This document shows, piece after piece, positions 21,492-29,837 of a DNA stretch of 31,941 bases; the first letter of the stretch is position 1; every line of letters starts with the position of its first letter. Location: positions 1 through 31,941 of the forward strand of contig CAZHRF010000037.1 in NCBI GenBank assembly GCA_964534625.1. The letters run 5' to 3'. The notes beneath the pieces were generated by a model. It made no database searches, had not been told where the DNA came from, and saw only the letters and a list, made by a program, of their open reading frames with translations. The translations under genes were made by a program, and so were the position numbers. The stretch is from an uncultured archaeon. Lineage in GTDB: Archaea > Asgardarchaeota > Heimdallarchaeia > Heimdallarchaeales > Heimdallarchaeaceae.

Positions 21492-21767
21492 ATGAATGCT
21501 GAAAACAATGAACAAACAGATGCTTCTTCCAACAACACCAGATTAATTCGCAAGACAAAACAGCAGAAAGTTATTTTTGTCAATTTTACTTTATTTATGC
21601 TTTGGGCAATTACTGCTTTTTTTTCATTTAAACAATTATTAGAAGAAAAATCAGTCGGTATTTGGTTTATCTTACTTTTAATACTGTCAACCGCTGTAGT
21701 TTTTATAGCGATTATTCCTGTCTTGAAAAATAGGAAAAAAGAACCCAACATAACAACTCAAAATTGA
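21492..21767 (+). CDS. Small membrane protein with two TM helices
   Basis: Two hydrophobic segments flanked by basic residues. ATG 21492 is preferred over TTG 21474. Confidence 0.6.
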   Translation: MNAENNEQTDASSNNTRLIRKTKQQKVIFVNFTLFMLWAITAFFSFKQLLEEKSVGIWFILLLILSTAVVFIAIIPVLKNRKKEPNITTQN

Positions 21768-21805
21768 GTTGAAAAATAAGAATCTTTAACCTTTTTTCTC
21801 CATAT

Positions 21806-22594
21806 TTACTTTAACTTACGTATGGTTCTTAACGCTTGTTTTGCAGATAGAGCTGCCAACCAACTTGTCCTAGGATTTGTTGGAGCAGGTTTGTTAGCAA
21901 ATTTTAATTCATATACTCCTACAACCGATTCTACTTTAATTGTGTGGATATTTCGATTAATCGTGGGATCTGCAAAGATTTTTACTCTTGTTTGAGTAGG
22001 ACCAAGTGTTGCTAGGGCCAACCTAGCTGCCACATTTATACTCTTGGGAAAATTTTTTGCTGCTTCTCTCGCATTTCCATCAAATATTAATGTTTTCTTA
22101 TTTTTGTACAATTTAATACCTTTTTCTTTTACATACAAACTTTTTTCAAATATTGCTAGTGGTTTATGCGTAATTAATGTCGAATTGTCAAATCCTATCT
22201 CTCTTATTGAATTAATCAAATCAAAACCACCTATAGCTCCTGAGGGAAGAATTACTTTTTCTTTTTGTTTTTCACTTAAACGGGTATATTTCTTATATAA
22301 TGAATTTGACGTTATAAAAGCCCCTATGCTTAATGGTATGAAATACTTTTTACTAGAAATAATCTTATCAAAAATATCAATAACAACTTGCTGTACAGCA
22401 CATTCAATTATTACGTCTGCTCCATCAAAATCGAGAAGATTTTTCATTACCTTAGCCTCTTTATATTGGGCGTTTTTTGTTGTGAGTTTATCTTTATGTA
22501 TATCATATATCTTATACAGCTTATTTTCTTCCCCTAGATCTTCTATGATTGTTGAGCCTATAAAACCCAAACCTATTATTGCTACTTTTTTCAT
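21806..22594 (-). CDS. nadX: L-aspartate dehydrogenase
   Basis: Rossmann motif IIGLGFIG, IECA, LSIGA, PSGAIGGFD, FPKSINVAA, NIH, NPRTSWLAALS. Close to nadA and nadC. Confidence 0.92.
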   Translation of the reverse strand: MKKVAIIGLGFIGSTIIEDLGEENKLYKIYDIHKDKLTTKNAQYKEAKVMKNLLDFDGADVIIECAVQQVVIDIFDKIISSKKYFIPLSIGAFITSNSLYKKYTRLSEKQKEKVILPSGAIGGFDLINSIREIGFDNSTLITHKPLAIFEKSLYVKEKGIKLYKNKKTLIFDGNAREAAKNFPKSINVAARLALATLGPTQTRVKIFADPTINRNIHTIKVESVVGVYELKFANKPAPTNPRTSWLAALSAKQALRTIRKLK

Positions 22595-25104
22595 GATGTT
22601 TCATCTCTAACTGAAAAAGTGAACCTTGATCCTTCCTGTATATCTTCTATGTGAAATGTGCCTCCATATGCTTTAACAAAAAGTTGGATTAAGACAAATC
22701 TCAACCCTTTTACTCTTCTCCCATCTTCAACTTTTCTTATCTCCTCTTTTTCTGAATCAGGTATTGTAATTCCTAATGCATCAATTGTCACATGGTGATA
22801 TTCTCCTCCTATCGCTCTTTTATCTTCGATATTGATTATAAGAGTTATAGAATATTGATTAGACTTTGTTATTACGTACTCAAATAAATATGTTAAAATG
22901 TCTATAAGATATTTGTTGCCCTTAATTTCTTTTGCCTTATCGAAAAGTAATTTTACATCAATAGTATATTCTGAATACGAGTATTCCAATGCCTCCAAAG
23001 CATCATTAATTATATCAACCCATTTTATTGGTTTTTTTATGTCCATCTCATCTAAGTCTATTATTTGTTTTACGCTATTTCGCAGTAATTCAGCTTTTAA
23101 TAACACTCGCAAAGTATTTTGGATTAATTTTTTCTGTTGATCACCAATGTTTTCATCTAAAAGCAATAATTCAAGATAACCTTGAATGGCTTGATGATAA
23201 TTGCCAAGATCATGGGTAAAAAGATCTAAGGACAGATCGGCTAAAAATCTCGCATTTTTTTCCTCTTGCAGCGATTTTTCCAATCTTATTGCCATATTTT
23301 CAAATTCATAAAATAATTCAGTTAATTCATTTCTTTTGCTAAGTTCGTTAGCGTCAAAACTTACACTAAAATCTCCTTTAGATACAGTGCGAATATTTTC
23401 TAGAAACATTTCAATATATTTTTGCGTTCGCTTATTCACTAGTAATAGTGTAATCCCAGTAACGCTAATAACACCAAATGAGATAAGGAGTAAGGCTAAT
23501 TCTATTTCACGCATCTGAGTTCTCAGAGCTGTAAGGATTGGTTGAAACTCAGCTTCAAGCAACTCAATTGGGGTAAAATGGAAAAAATACCATTTTATAC
23601 TCTTTATCGGTTTGTATAATATAAGATATTCAGTTCCATTCAAATCTGTAATTATATGTCCTTCTTTTCCGTTCAGTGCGTCATCTACCGCATTTTGCAT
23701 TTGTTCATTGCCAATGTCTTTGATATTTTGGGAGGGGAACTCTTCTTTAGGTTGTCTAGAAGTGTTATAAAAATATTCAGGTGCCAATAAAATTTCACCT
23801 GTGCTGTCTGTAAACAGTGAATAATCTTCTGCGGTTATTGATAATTCCATTACATTCGAGATATAATCTAGATTAAAATCTAAGACCAAAATACCCTGAA
23901 AAATATTTTCAAAGTCATATATCACTTGACCAAGACTTATGAATAAATTTCTATTTGTATAATCAACTCCTATACTTGAGAAATGACTTTCGGTTCCGGT
24001 ATTATTGTGTTTGGCTTCTTGCTCTATAATCTGATTATACCATGCTCGTTCCGTCCACTGATAATTTGCGCTTCCTGCTTCAGTTGGTTGAGTATATAAT
24101 TGATAATTTGGAGCATAGGGAAAAATTAGGAAATAGAATGGCGTTGCAAAATATACCCATTGAACTAGATCAGATTTAGATGCGATTAAGAAACGATAAA
24201 GTTCATACGGTCTGAAATCAACAAATCCACCCATGGTTCCATTAAAATTTGCGTATAATAAGGCAGAGAGAGTACCATTGATTGTTCCATTGATACACCC
24301 TTCAAATCGTGAAAGAGCAGCATTTTGATGAATGGTTATAATTGAATCATGACTAGGCGATCTAAGCAGTACATATGTTTCAAGATAATCATAATCAACA
24401 CCTTCGAGCTTATCTCTTATACTCTCAATGATTTTAGAATTGTTTTTATTCCATTCACTAATCCATTCACTGTCAAAAGTATCATTGAAGTAGATATTAT
24501 ATTCTTCAGTAATGTCAATAACAGTTTTGTTTGCTTCTTTTACTGCATAGATGGCAATAGAAGCATCATCTGTTAATTTTCCTTCAATACTTGCATTAAT
24601 TTGCAAATACAATTCACCAGATATAGTAAGATTGTTAAGAATATCACCATAAATTAATCCTCCTGGTGTATCCAAATCGTTTAACCCATCATTGTTAAAA
24701 TCATAATGCCCTATATTGCTCATTCTATCGATGTTCATATCAACTGATCCATTTATATAGACAATAGAATCTGTTCCATTCGTAGTTGCTGTTGACTTTG
24801 TGTATAATTCTTCTCCTTTTTCTGAAAAATATTTACTTGCTATAAATTGACTGGTTGTATTTAGACTAACTTTGGATTGACCTAACGTAGTATCAAAACT
24901 TAATATAAATTGATTTGTAGTATCATTTAAATGATCTATCGTCTGTTCTAGGTATTTGCTTTCTGCATCTTCATAGATCCCCCTTATCTCAATTTCCATA
25001 GCTATTGATATGCTCGTTGAGATTACAAACAGAATCAAAGCCAATGCTATCAAAATAAATCTAAAATAATTTTTGATTACACTAGTCTTCTTTTTCTTCC
25101 CCAT
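22591..25104 (-). CDS. Membrane sensor histidine-kinase-like protein (TM, extracellular Cache-containing region, TM, HAMP, HisKA, degenerate HATPase)
   Basis: Two TM helices, Cache signatures (ERAWY, GILVLDF, LFTDSTGEIL), HAMP (VSKGDFS...NELTELFYEFENMA), H-box FTHDLGN. The N, G1 and G2 boxes are degenerate. Confidence 0.85.
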   Translation of the reverse strand: MGKKKKTSVIKNYFRFILIALALILFVISTSISIAMEIEIRGIYEDAESKYLEQTIDHLNDTTNQFILSFDTTLGQSKVSLNTTSQFIASKYFSEKGEELYTKSTATTNGTDSIVYINGSVDMNIDRMSNIGHYDFNNDGLNDLDTPGGLIYGDILNNLTISGELYLQINASIEGKLTDDASIAIYAVKEANKTVIDITEEYNIYFNDTFDSEWISEWNKNNSKIIESIRDKLEGVDYDYLETYVLLRSPSHDSIITIHQNAALSRFEGCINGTINGTLSALLYANFNGTMGGFVDFRPYELYRFLIASKSDLVQWVYFATPFYFLIFPYAPNYQLYTQPTEAGSANYQWTERAWYNQIIEQEAKHNNTGTESHFSSIGVDYTNRNLFISLGQVIYDFENIFQGILVLDFNLDYISNVMELSITAEDYSLFTDSTGEILLAPEYFYNTSRQPKEEFPSQNIKDIGNEQMQNAVDDALNGKEGHIITDLNGTEYLILYKPIKSIKWYFFHFTPIELLEAEFQPILTALRTQMREIELALLLISFGVISVTGITLLLVNKRTQKYIEMFLENIRTVSKGDFSVSFDANELSKRNELTELFYEFENMAIRLEKSLQEEKNARFLADLSLDLFTHDLGNYHQAIQGYLELLLLDENIGDQQKKLIQNTLRVLLKAELLRNSVKQIIDLDEMDIKKPIKWVDIINDALEALEYSYSEYTIDVKLLFDKAKEIKGNKYLIDILTYLFEYVITKSNQYSITLIINIEDKRAIGGEYHHVTIDALGITIPDSEKEEIRKVEDGRRVKGLRFVLIQLFVKAYGGTFHIEDIQEGSRFTFSVRDETS

Positions 25105-25149
25105 AAATAAATTAATTCTTTTTTACCTTTTTAATACTTCCCCAAAACA

Positions 25150-25530
25150 TTAGTCTAATATAAACAGCGATAAGGTGTTTTTTTCAAAACCTGCATGAAA
25201 GAACATCAATTTTTTTCCATTTTTTTGTAAATCAAACATTACCCACCTCAGATACTGATACAGTCGTTCGTTATTGAGAATGGCACATTGATTAAATGTT
25301 GAGATAAACCATCTTTTTCTTCCTTCTAAATCTTCTTCTATTGCCTCAATATCATGATACCCCATCTCTTTTGGGGTTCCGTATAAAATTGGAAATGAAG
25401 CACATCTAGAGTTCAAACGATATTCATCATCCACACAGCCATTTTGTCCTAGGTTTCCACAATTAAAGCAGCACGAACCGCAGTCTTTGCATAATGAAGA
25501 TTCAAGGAGTATAAAGTTATGTACTGACAT
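25150..25530 (-). CDS. YkgJ-like cysteine-cluster (Zn or Fe-S binding) protein
   Basis: CKDCGSCC..C......GC.......RCASFP and a later Cys. Confidence 0.65.
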   Translation of the reverse strand: MSVHNFILLESSLCKDCGSCCFNCGNLGQNGCVDDEYRLNSRCASFPILYGTPKEMGYHDIEAIEEDLEGRKRWFISTFNQCAILNNERLYQYLRWVMFDLQKNGKKLMFFHAGFEKNTLSLFILD

Positions 25531-25595
25531 CCTATTATCTCACTAATTTATTTATTTGTCTAAAAAAAGTATAACTTCTACTAGCTTGTTTTTAC

Positions 25596-25889
25596 CTATT
25601 GTTTGGCATTCTTTTTTTCAAACTCTTCTGCTTGTGCCTTCAAATCTTCAATAACTTTTTGTTCAAAAACGCCATATTCTGCTGCTATTTCAAATACTTT
25701 TTCAGGATAATTAGTGTGATAATGGATCTTCACCATACCCGGCATAGATGTTACTAGGAGACTATCGCCTTCTATTTCTTCACTTAATCTTTTTCTAATA
25801 ATCTTTTTATGTTCACGGGTCAAGTCTTCACTTTTTATCAAACATAAAGCTTCATAACGATAATTAGAATCTGCATGTTCATCTGACAT
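25596..25889 (-). CDS. Stand-alone homolog of the middle domain of FakA/YloV (DAK2-fusion) fatty acid kinases
   Basis: GDSLLV....VKIHYHTNYPEKVFEIAAEYG....VIEDLKAQ resembles FakA GDSxxV...VKVHVHTxxPGxV......G..IKIDNMxxQ. Confidence 0.7.
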   Translation of the reverse strand: MSDEHADSNYRYEALCLIKSEDLTREHKKIIRKRLSEEIEGDSLLVTSMPGMVKIHYHTNYPEKVFEIAAEYGVFEQKVIEDLKAQAEEFEKKNAKQ

Positions 25890-26033
25890 TTTAATCTAAA
25901 AGTGAAATACACACAGCGTTTTTCAATATTTCCTTATTGATGAAACTAAAGATGATACTCCTTAAACATAATTCGTTAAAACAAATATCTGAAGATACAC
26001 ATATTCAGATTACCGCCCATAAAGATTTAAGAG

Positions 26034-26519
26034 TTATTCAATGGTTTTTCTTTTCTTCTTTCTATATAAATATCCTACCAGGCTAAAAGTTACTAAACCT
26101 AGTATAATTGAAGGTGCGGGAACTGTTCCTGTTATTTCTAACGAAACTGCTGCAGGTTGATTTTTTCCTCTATTGTCGAGTATAATATGATATGTACCCT
26201 TAGCCCCCAATCTACCCCTAACTGTAACTGTATCATTAATATCTGATTGCCCAAAATAAGCAACCACAGTACTAGATCCCTGATCCCAATTCTGAAAAGT
26301 TTCATCATCTAATATAAAAACAGAGATGGGGGGATTATCCAAAACAGTTACTCTTAGTTTAAACATTTGTTGATCATTATCCGTTTGTATTGATATATTC
26401 TTGATATCATTAGCCTCAATAATATGTGTATCAGCTGCAGTTGAAGTAGATATGTAATTCAGAATAAAAGCGGTAAATAATACAACTAAGATTACTACGG
26501 TTTTTTTCCTTTTTCCCAT
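26034..26519 (-). CDS. Small secreted beta-sandwich protein with C-terminal membrane anchor / sorting-signal-like tail
   Basis: Signal peptide, then VFILDDETF..W and GTYHIILDN (GOLD/PPC-like sandwich). Tail TVPAP, TM helix, RKKKRK. Confidence 0.75.
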   Translation of the reverse strand: MGKRKKTVVILVVLFTAFILNYISTSTAADTHIIEANDIKNISIQTDNDQQMFKLRVTVLDNPPISVFILDDETFQNWDQGSSTVVAYFGQSDINDTVTVRGRLGAKGTYHIILDNRGKNQPAAVSLEITGTVPAPSIILGLVTFSLVGYLYRKKKRKTIE

Positions 26520-26790
26520 ACAAATACGTTAAAGGCAATAGTTAATATATGTTTCGTAATCCTTATTCCTTTCTTTTTCTCTCTCTCAGTTTATACAAAT
26601 CAGATAAAATATATCTAGGAATATAAGAGACTCTATATAAATCCATATAACATATAACAAGATGAATGAAAACTATTTGTAAAATATGCTCAAAAAAATA
26701 TTAAAATGCGAGAAAATAACTACTTTATTAAAGAATAATTAGTTCACTCACTTGATACCTGTGCTCCAACCAAAAACAGATGTGTTATGT

Positions 26791-27174
26791 ATGAAAAAGA
26801 TTTACATTATTGAAGATGAAAAGGATATCAGCAATTTATACAAAATTTTCTTTGAAAAAGAAGGCATTAAAGTAGAGGATATCATAATAAGCGGTAAAAT
26901 TGCTTTAGACAAAATCGAACAAATTAAAGAGTTTGAGCACTTGGTTTTTATAATTGATAACAGAATACCTGATACTACAGGATTAGAAATAGCTCAAAGA
27001 CTAATAAAAATAGAGCCCTCTCTAAAAGAACAGATAATATTTGCAACAGCTGATGATAGTATAACAAAAAAAGATGTGTTAAAAATTGGTATTGAACATT
27101 TTCTTAGAAAGCCTTTCTCTTTGGATGACCTATTAAAAGCTATTGAACAAATAGAAAATATAAAAAACAGCTAA
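26791..27174 (+). CDS. Single-domain response regulator (CheY-like receiver)
   Basis: IYIIEDE, phospho-acceptor IIDNRIPDTTG, FATA, LRKPF. Start at ATG 26791 (MKKIYII). Confidence 0.9.
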   Translation: MKKIYIIEDEKDISNLYKIFFEKEGIKVEDIIISGKIALDKIEQIKEFEHLVFIIDNRIPDTTGLEIAQRLIKIEPSLKEQIIFATADDSITKKDVLKIGIEHFLRKPFSLDDLLKAIEQIENIKNS

Positions 27175-27200
27175 ACAAACTATTCTATTGGAAACTAGAG

Positions 27201-27902
27201 ATGAAAGTTCAAATCCTTTATAATAATGATGCGAAAGTAGATTTTCAAGGGGATCATGGTTTTTCTGTGTATATTCGACTAAACAAATGCTTCTTATTCG
27301 ATACAGGAGGCAATAGTAAACTACTGCAAAAAAATGCCCACGATATGGATGTTGATTTAAGTTCAATTGAAAGTCTTATTTTATCTCATGACCATTTAGA
27401 TCACACTGGAGGGGCAAAAGCACTTCAAATACCCAAAAAAATTATTATTCATTCTGGTTTCGACCAAGTACGAGTTAACCGATTAAAAAAAATATTTCCA
27501 CATAGCGAGATCATTTACAATGATGAACCTAAATTTCTTGCAGAAAACGTGTGGTTATCAGGTATAATGGTACCGGGACCGGGAGAACAATCTATTGTAA
27601 TAAAGACAAAAGATAAAGTCGTTCTAATCACAGGATGTGCCCATCCAGGTATAGACAAAATAATCGAGTATATCAACACAATTATGCCTTTTGAAGGTAA
27701 AATCACAGATATTTTAGGAGGATTTCATTTGTGCAATAAAAATAGCGATTGTATCAAGGAAATCGTACATAAAATTTCATCTTTAAATGTTAAACGCGTT
27801 TTTGCTGGCCATTGTACAGGTGACAAAGCAATGAACATCTTTGCAAAAAAGTATAAAGAAAATTTTGTTAAGCTACGTGTTGGAGATACATTCAAGTTTT
27901 AA
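27201..27902 (+). CDS. MBL-fold metallo-hydrolase (COG1237-like)
   Basis: HGFS, LFDTG, SHDHLDHTGG, GCAHPG, GGFHL, GHCTG. Confidence 0.9.
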   Translation: MKVQILYNNDAKVDFQGDHGFSVYIRLNKCFLFDTGGNSKLLQKNAHDMDVDLSSIESLILSHDHLDHTGGAKALQIPKKIIIHSGFDQVRVNRLKKIFPHSEIIYNDEPKFLAENVWLSGIMVPGPGEQSIVIKTKDKVVLITGCAHPGIDKIIEYINTIMPFEGKITDILGGFHLCNKNSDCIKEIVHKISSLNVKRVFAGHCTGDKAMNIFAKKYKENFVKLRVGDTFKF

Positions 27903-27906
27903 TTTG

Positions 27907-28245
27907 TTAAATGTATGTTCCTGCTGTATTTCCTTTTTTTGGTCCTTTATCAGGAAGATTTATTTCTCCAAAATTGCGCTCGTATGCTTTTATCTGATCA
28001 TCAATTAATTTTTGTATAATTTTTAATTGTTGTGGCGAAAAGTTTATTTCAGCGACTATTTTCTTTATTATTTTCCTCGGCATTAGTGCATCTCTGCCTA
28101 TTTTTGCATCTTTTTCATAATCTGCCTCATCATTAAAAACTACCATTTTAAATCCGCTCAAATTGTGCAATAATTGAATTGATTCTGCATAAAATGTGGG
28201 CGTGTTTTCGTTTCTTTCTATTTTTATAGGAATATTTCGACTCAT
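27907..28245 (-). CDS. DUF3467-like small protein
   Basis: Pattern of FYA, FxxxF, VAEINFSPQQLK and IKAYERNFGEI is typical of that family. Confidence 0.7.
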   Translation of the reverse strand: MSRNIPIKIERNENTPTFYAESIQLLHNLSGFKMVVFNDEADYEKDAKIGRDALMPRKIIKKIVAEINFSPQQLKIIQKLIDDQIKAYERNFGEINLPDKGPKKGNTAGTYI

Positions 28246-28460
28246 TGTAAACTACCTATCTAAACAAAAGATGGTAGCTTCTTAACATTTATTATTCATT
28301 CTGTTATATTCTGTTATCAATAATCCAGTAATTAAAAATACTTGATCTCCGTTTCTAACAAAAGAAAGAAAGAAAGACAGCTTAAGAAATTTTTTCATCT
28401 GTTATCTTATAATGAACTTCTTACGTATCCAGTTCATTGCATCTTAGTGAAAATAACAAA

Positions 28461-29027
28461 TTAAATGTTACATAGTGATGCAACTTTATGTACAACATGT
28501 TCTAAATCAGCACCAACTGCAACAACCCCATGATTTTTAAGTATTAAGATATCATTAGACCCTAACGCAGAACTTGCTTCATAGGCCAAGTCCCAAGTTC
28601 CATAAGCATATTCCTCTTGTGTTATTGGATATCTATTAAGGAGTTGTAGTTTATCAAGATTAGGTAAATGAATATGTAAGCAATACTTCACCTCTTCTCT
28701 CTTTTTGAATATTGTTAAATGCAAAGGCGATTCTGAACTTGGTAGTTCATTACCATAATATTTGATCTTATTATTTGTTGTATCAAAACTCACTTTACAA
28801 AAGTTTTGAGGTACTTTAAGATCTCCAAGGGGAGCCCCAGTTGCAGTTATAAGCATATCGTCATTTAATCTGACAGATAGATTTCCTGTCACCCCTTCTT
28901 TACATTCTTCAGGTAAATTTGAAAGAGCTTTTTGTATTTCTAAAGCTATCTCATTTAATTGCGTATCAAACGATATCTCATCTATACGCTCACTTTTGTA
29001 TTTGACATGTACTTGTTTTTCCATCAT
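28461..29027 (-). CDS. Class II aldolase/adducin family protein
   Basis: GNLSVR, ITATG, PSSESPLH, HIH, LKNHGVVAVG. Confidence 0.9.
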   Translation of the reverse strand: MMEKQVHVKYKSERIDEISFDTQLNEIALEIQKALSNLPEECKEGVTGNLSVRLNDDMLITATGAPLGDLKVPQNFCKVSFDTTNNKIKYYGNELPSSESPLHLTIFKKREEVKYCLHIHLPNLDKLQLLNRYPITQEEYAYGTWDLAYEASSALGSNDILILKNHGVVAVGADLEHVVHKVASLCNI

Positions 29028-29332
29028 AATTTGTCACCACTTCTCCTAATATAACCATACGGGTATCAAATACATATACTTTGTGCTTTACTTAATTAAA
29101 GACTTGAAGTTTTTGCATGTCGGTAAAATCGATAAATAAGTCCTTTTAAGACCATTTAAAGAGGATGTAGATAAAAATATTCACTCATACAATGATATAT
29201 CTAAGTGCCCACACTATATATCATATGTATTATCTATTTATGGGTGTTTTAAGCAATTGATTTTAAATAAAAAAATACACGTTCAAATAAAATAAGTTTG
29301 GTAATTGATAGGTTTTTTAACCATTTATAAGT

Positions 29333-29824
29333 TTACAATTTATATTTTTTCGCCATTTCCTCTGCCATTTTTTCTTCTTCAATGGCGTGTTTTTCTTCTT
29401 TTGATAGATTTGATGGTAACCATTCAGGCTTATTACTTCTATCTTTATAATATGATCTTATGGCTTTTTTTAAACCTCCAACAGCAAGTACTCCACAATG
29501 AGCTTTTACTTTGGGTAATCCACCCAATGTTTCAGATATTTGTTTCCAATTTATTTTCCATGCTTCTTCTAGACTTTTTCCTTCAGCCATCATTGTCAAT
29601 TGGCTAGCAGCAGCAATATTTGACACGCAACCATAACTTTCAAATGTTATCTTTTCGATAATATCAGCCTCATTAATTTTGAGGTATAGTGCAATCATAT
29701 CCCCACAGGCTTTACTACCTGCTGTTTCAACAACTGTTGGGTCTTCCATTGCCCCTAAATTAACGGGATTCTTAAATAACTCTATTACTTTTTTTGAGTA
29801 TGGTAAGGGTATTCTACTCGACAT
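29333..29824 (-). CDS. iscU: Fe-S cluster scaffold protein, IscU/NifU-N type, with C-terminal helical extension
   Basis: YSKKVIELFKNPVNLG, ACGD, YGC, LPKVKAHC. Confidence 0.92.
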   Translation of the reverse strand: MSSRIPLPYSKKVIELFKNPVNLGAMEDPTVVETAGSKACGDMIALYLKINEADIIEKITFESYGCVSNIAAASQLTMMAEGKSLEEAWKINWKQISETLGGLPKVKAHCGVLAVGGLKKAIRSYYKDRSNKPEWLPSNLSKEEKHAIEEEKMAEEMAKKYKL

Positions 29825-29837
29825 ATTCTTTCACCTT

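Noticed and set aside
21267-21751. Minus-strand ORFs 21267-21458 and 21455-21751 that would bridge nadX and nadA
   Set aside because: They are low-complexity translations of A/T tracts. The plus-strand two-TM ORF looks more protein-like, though this is not certain.
22044-22610. 188-aa plus-strand ORF
   Set aside because: Antisense shadow of nadX.
29305-29607. 100-aa hydrophobic plus-strand ORF
   Set aside because: Antisense to iscU, and its composition reflects AT-rich reverse codons.
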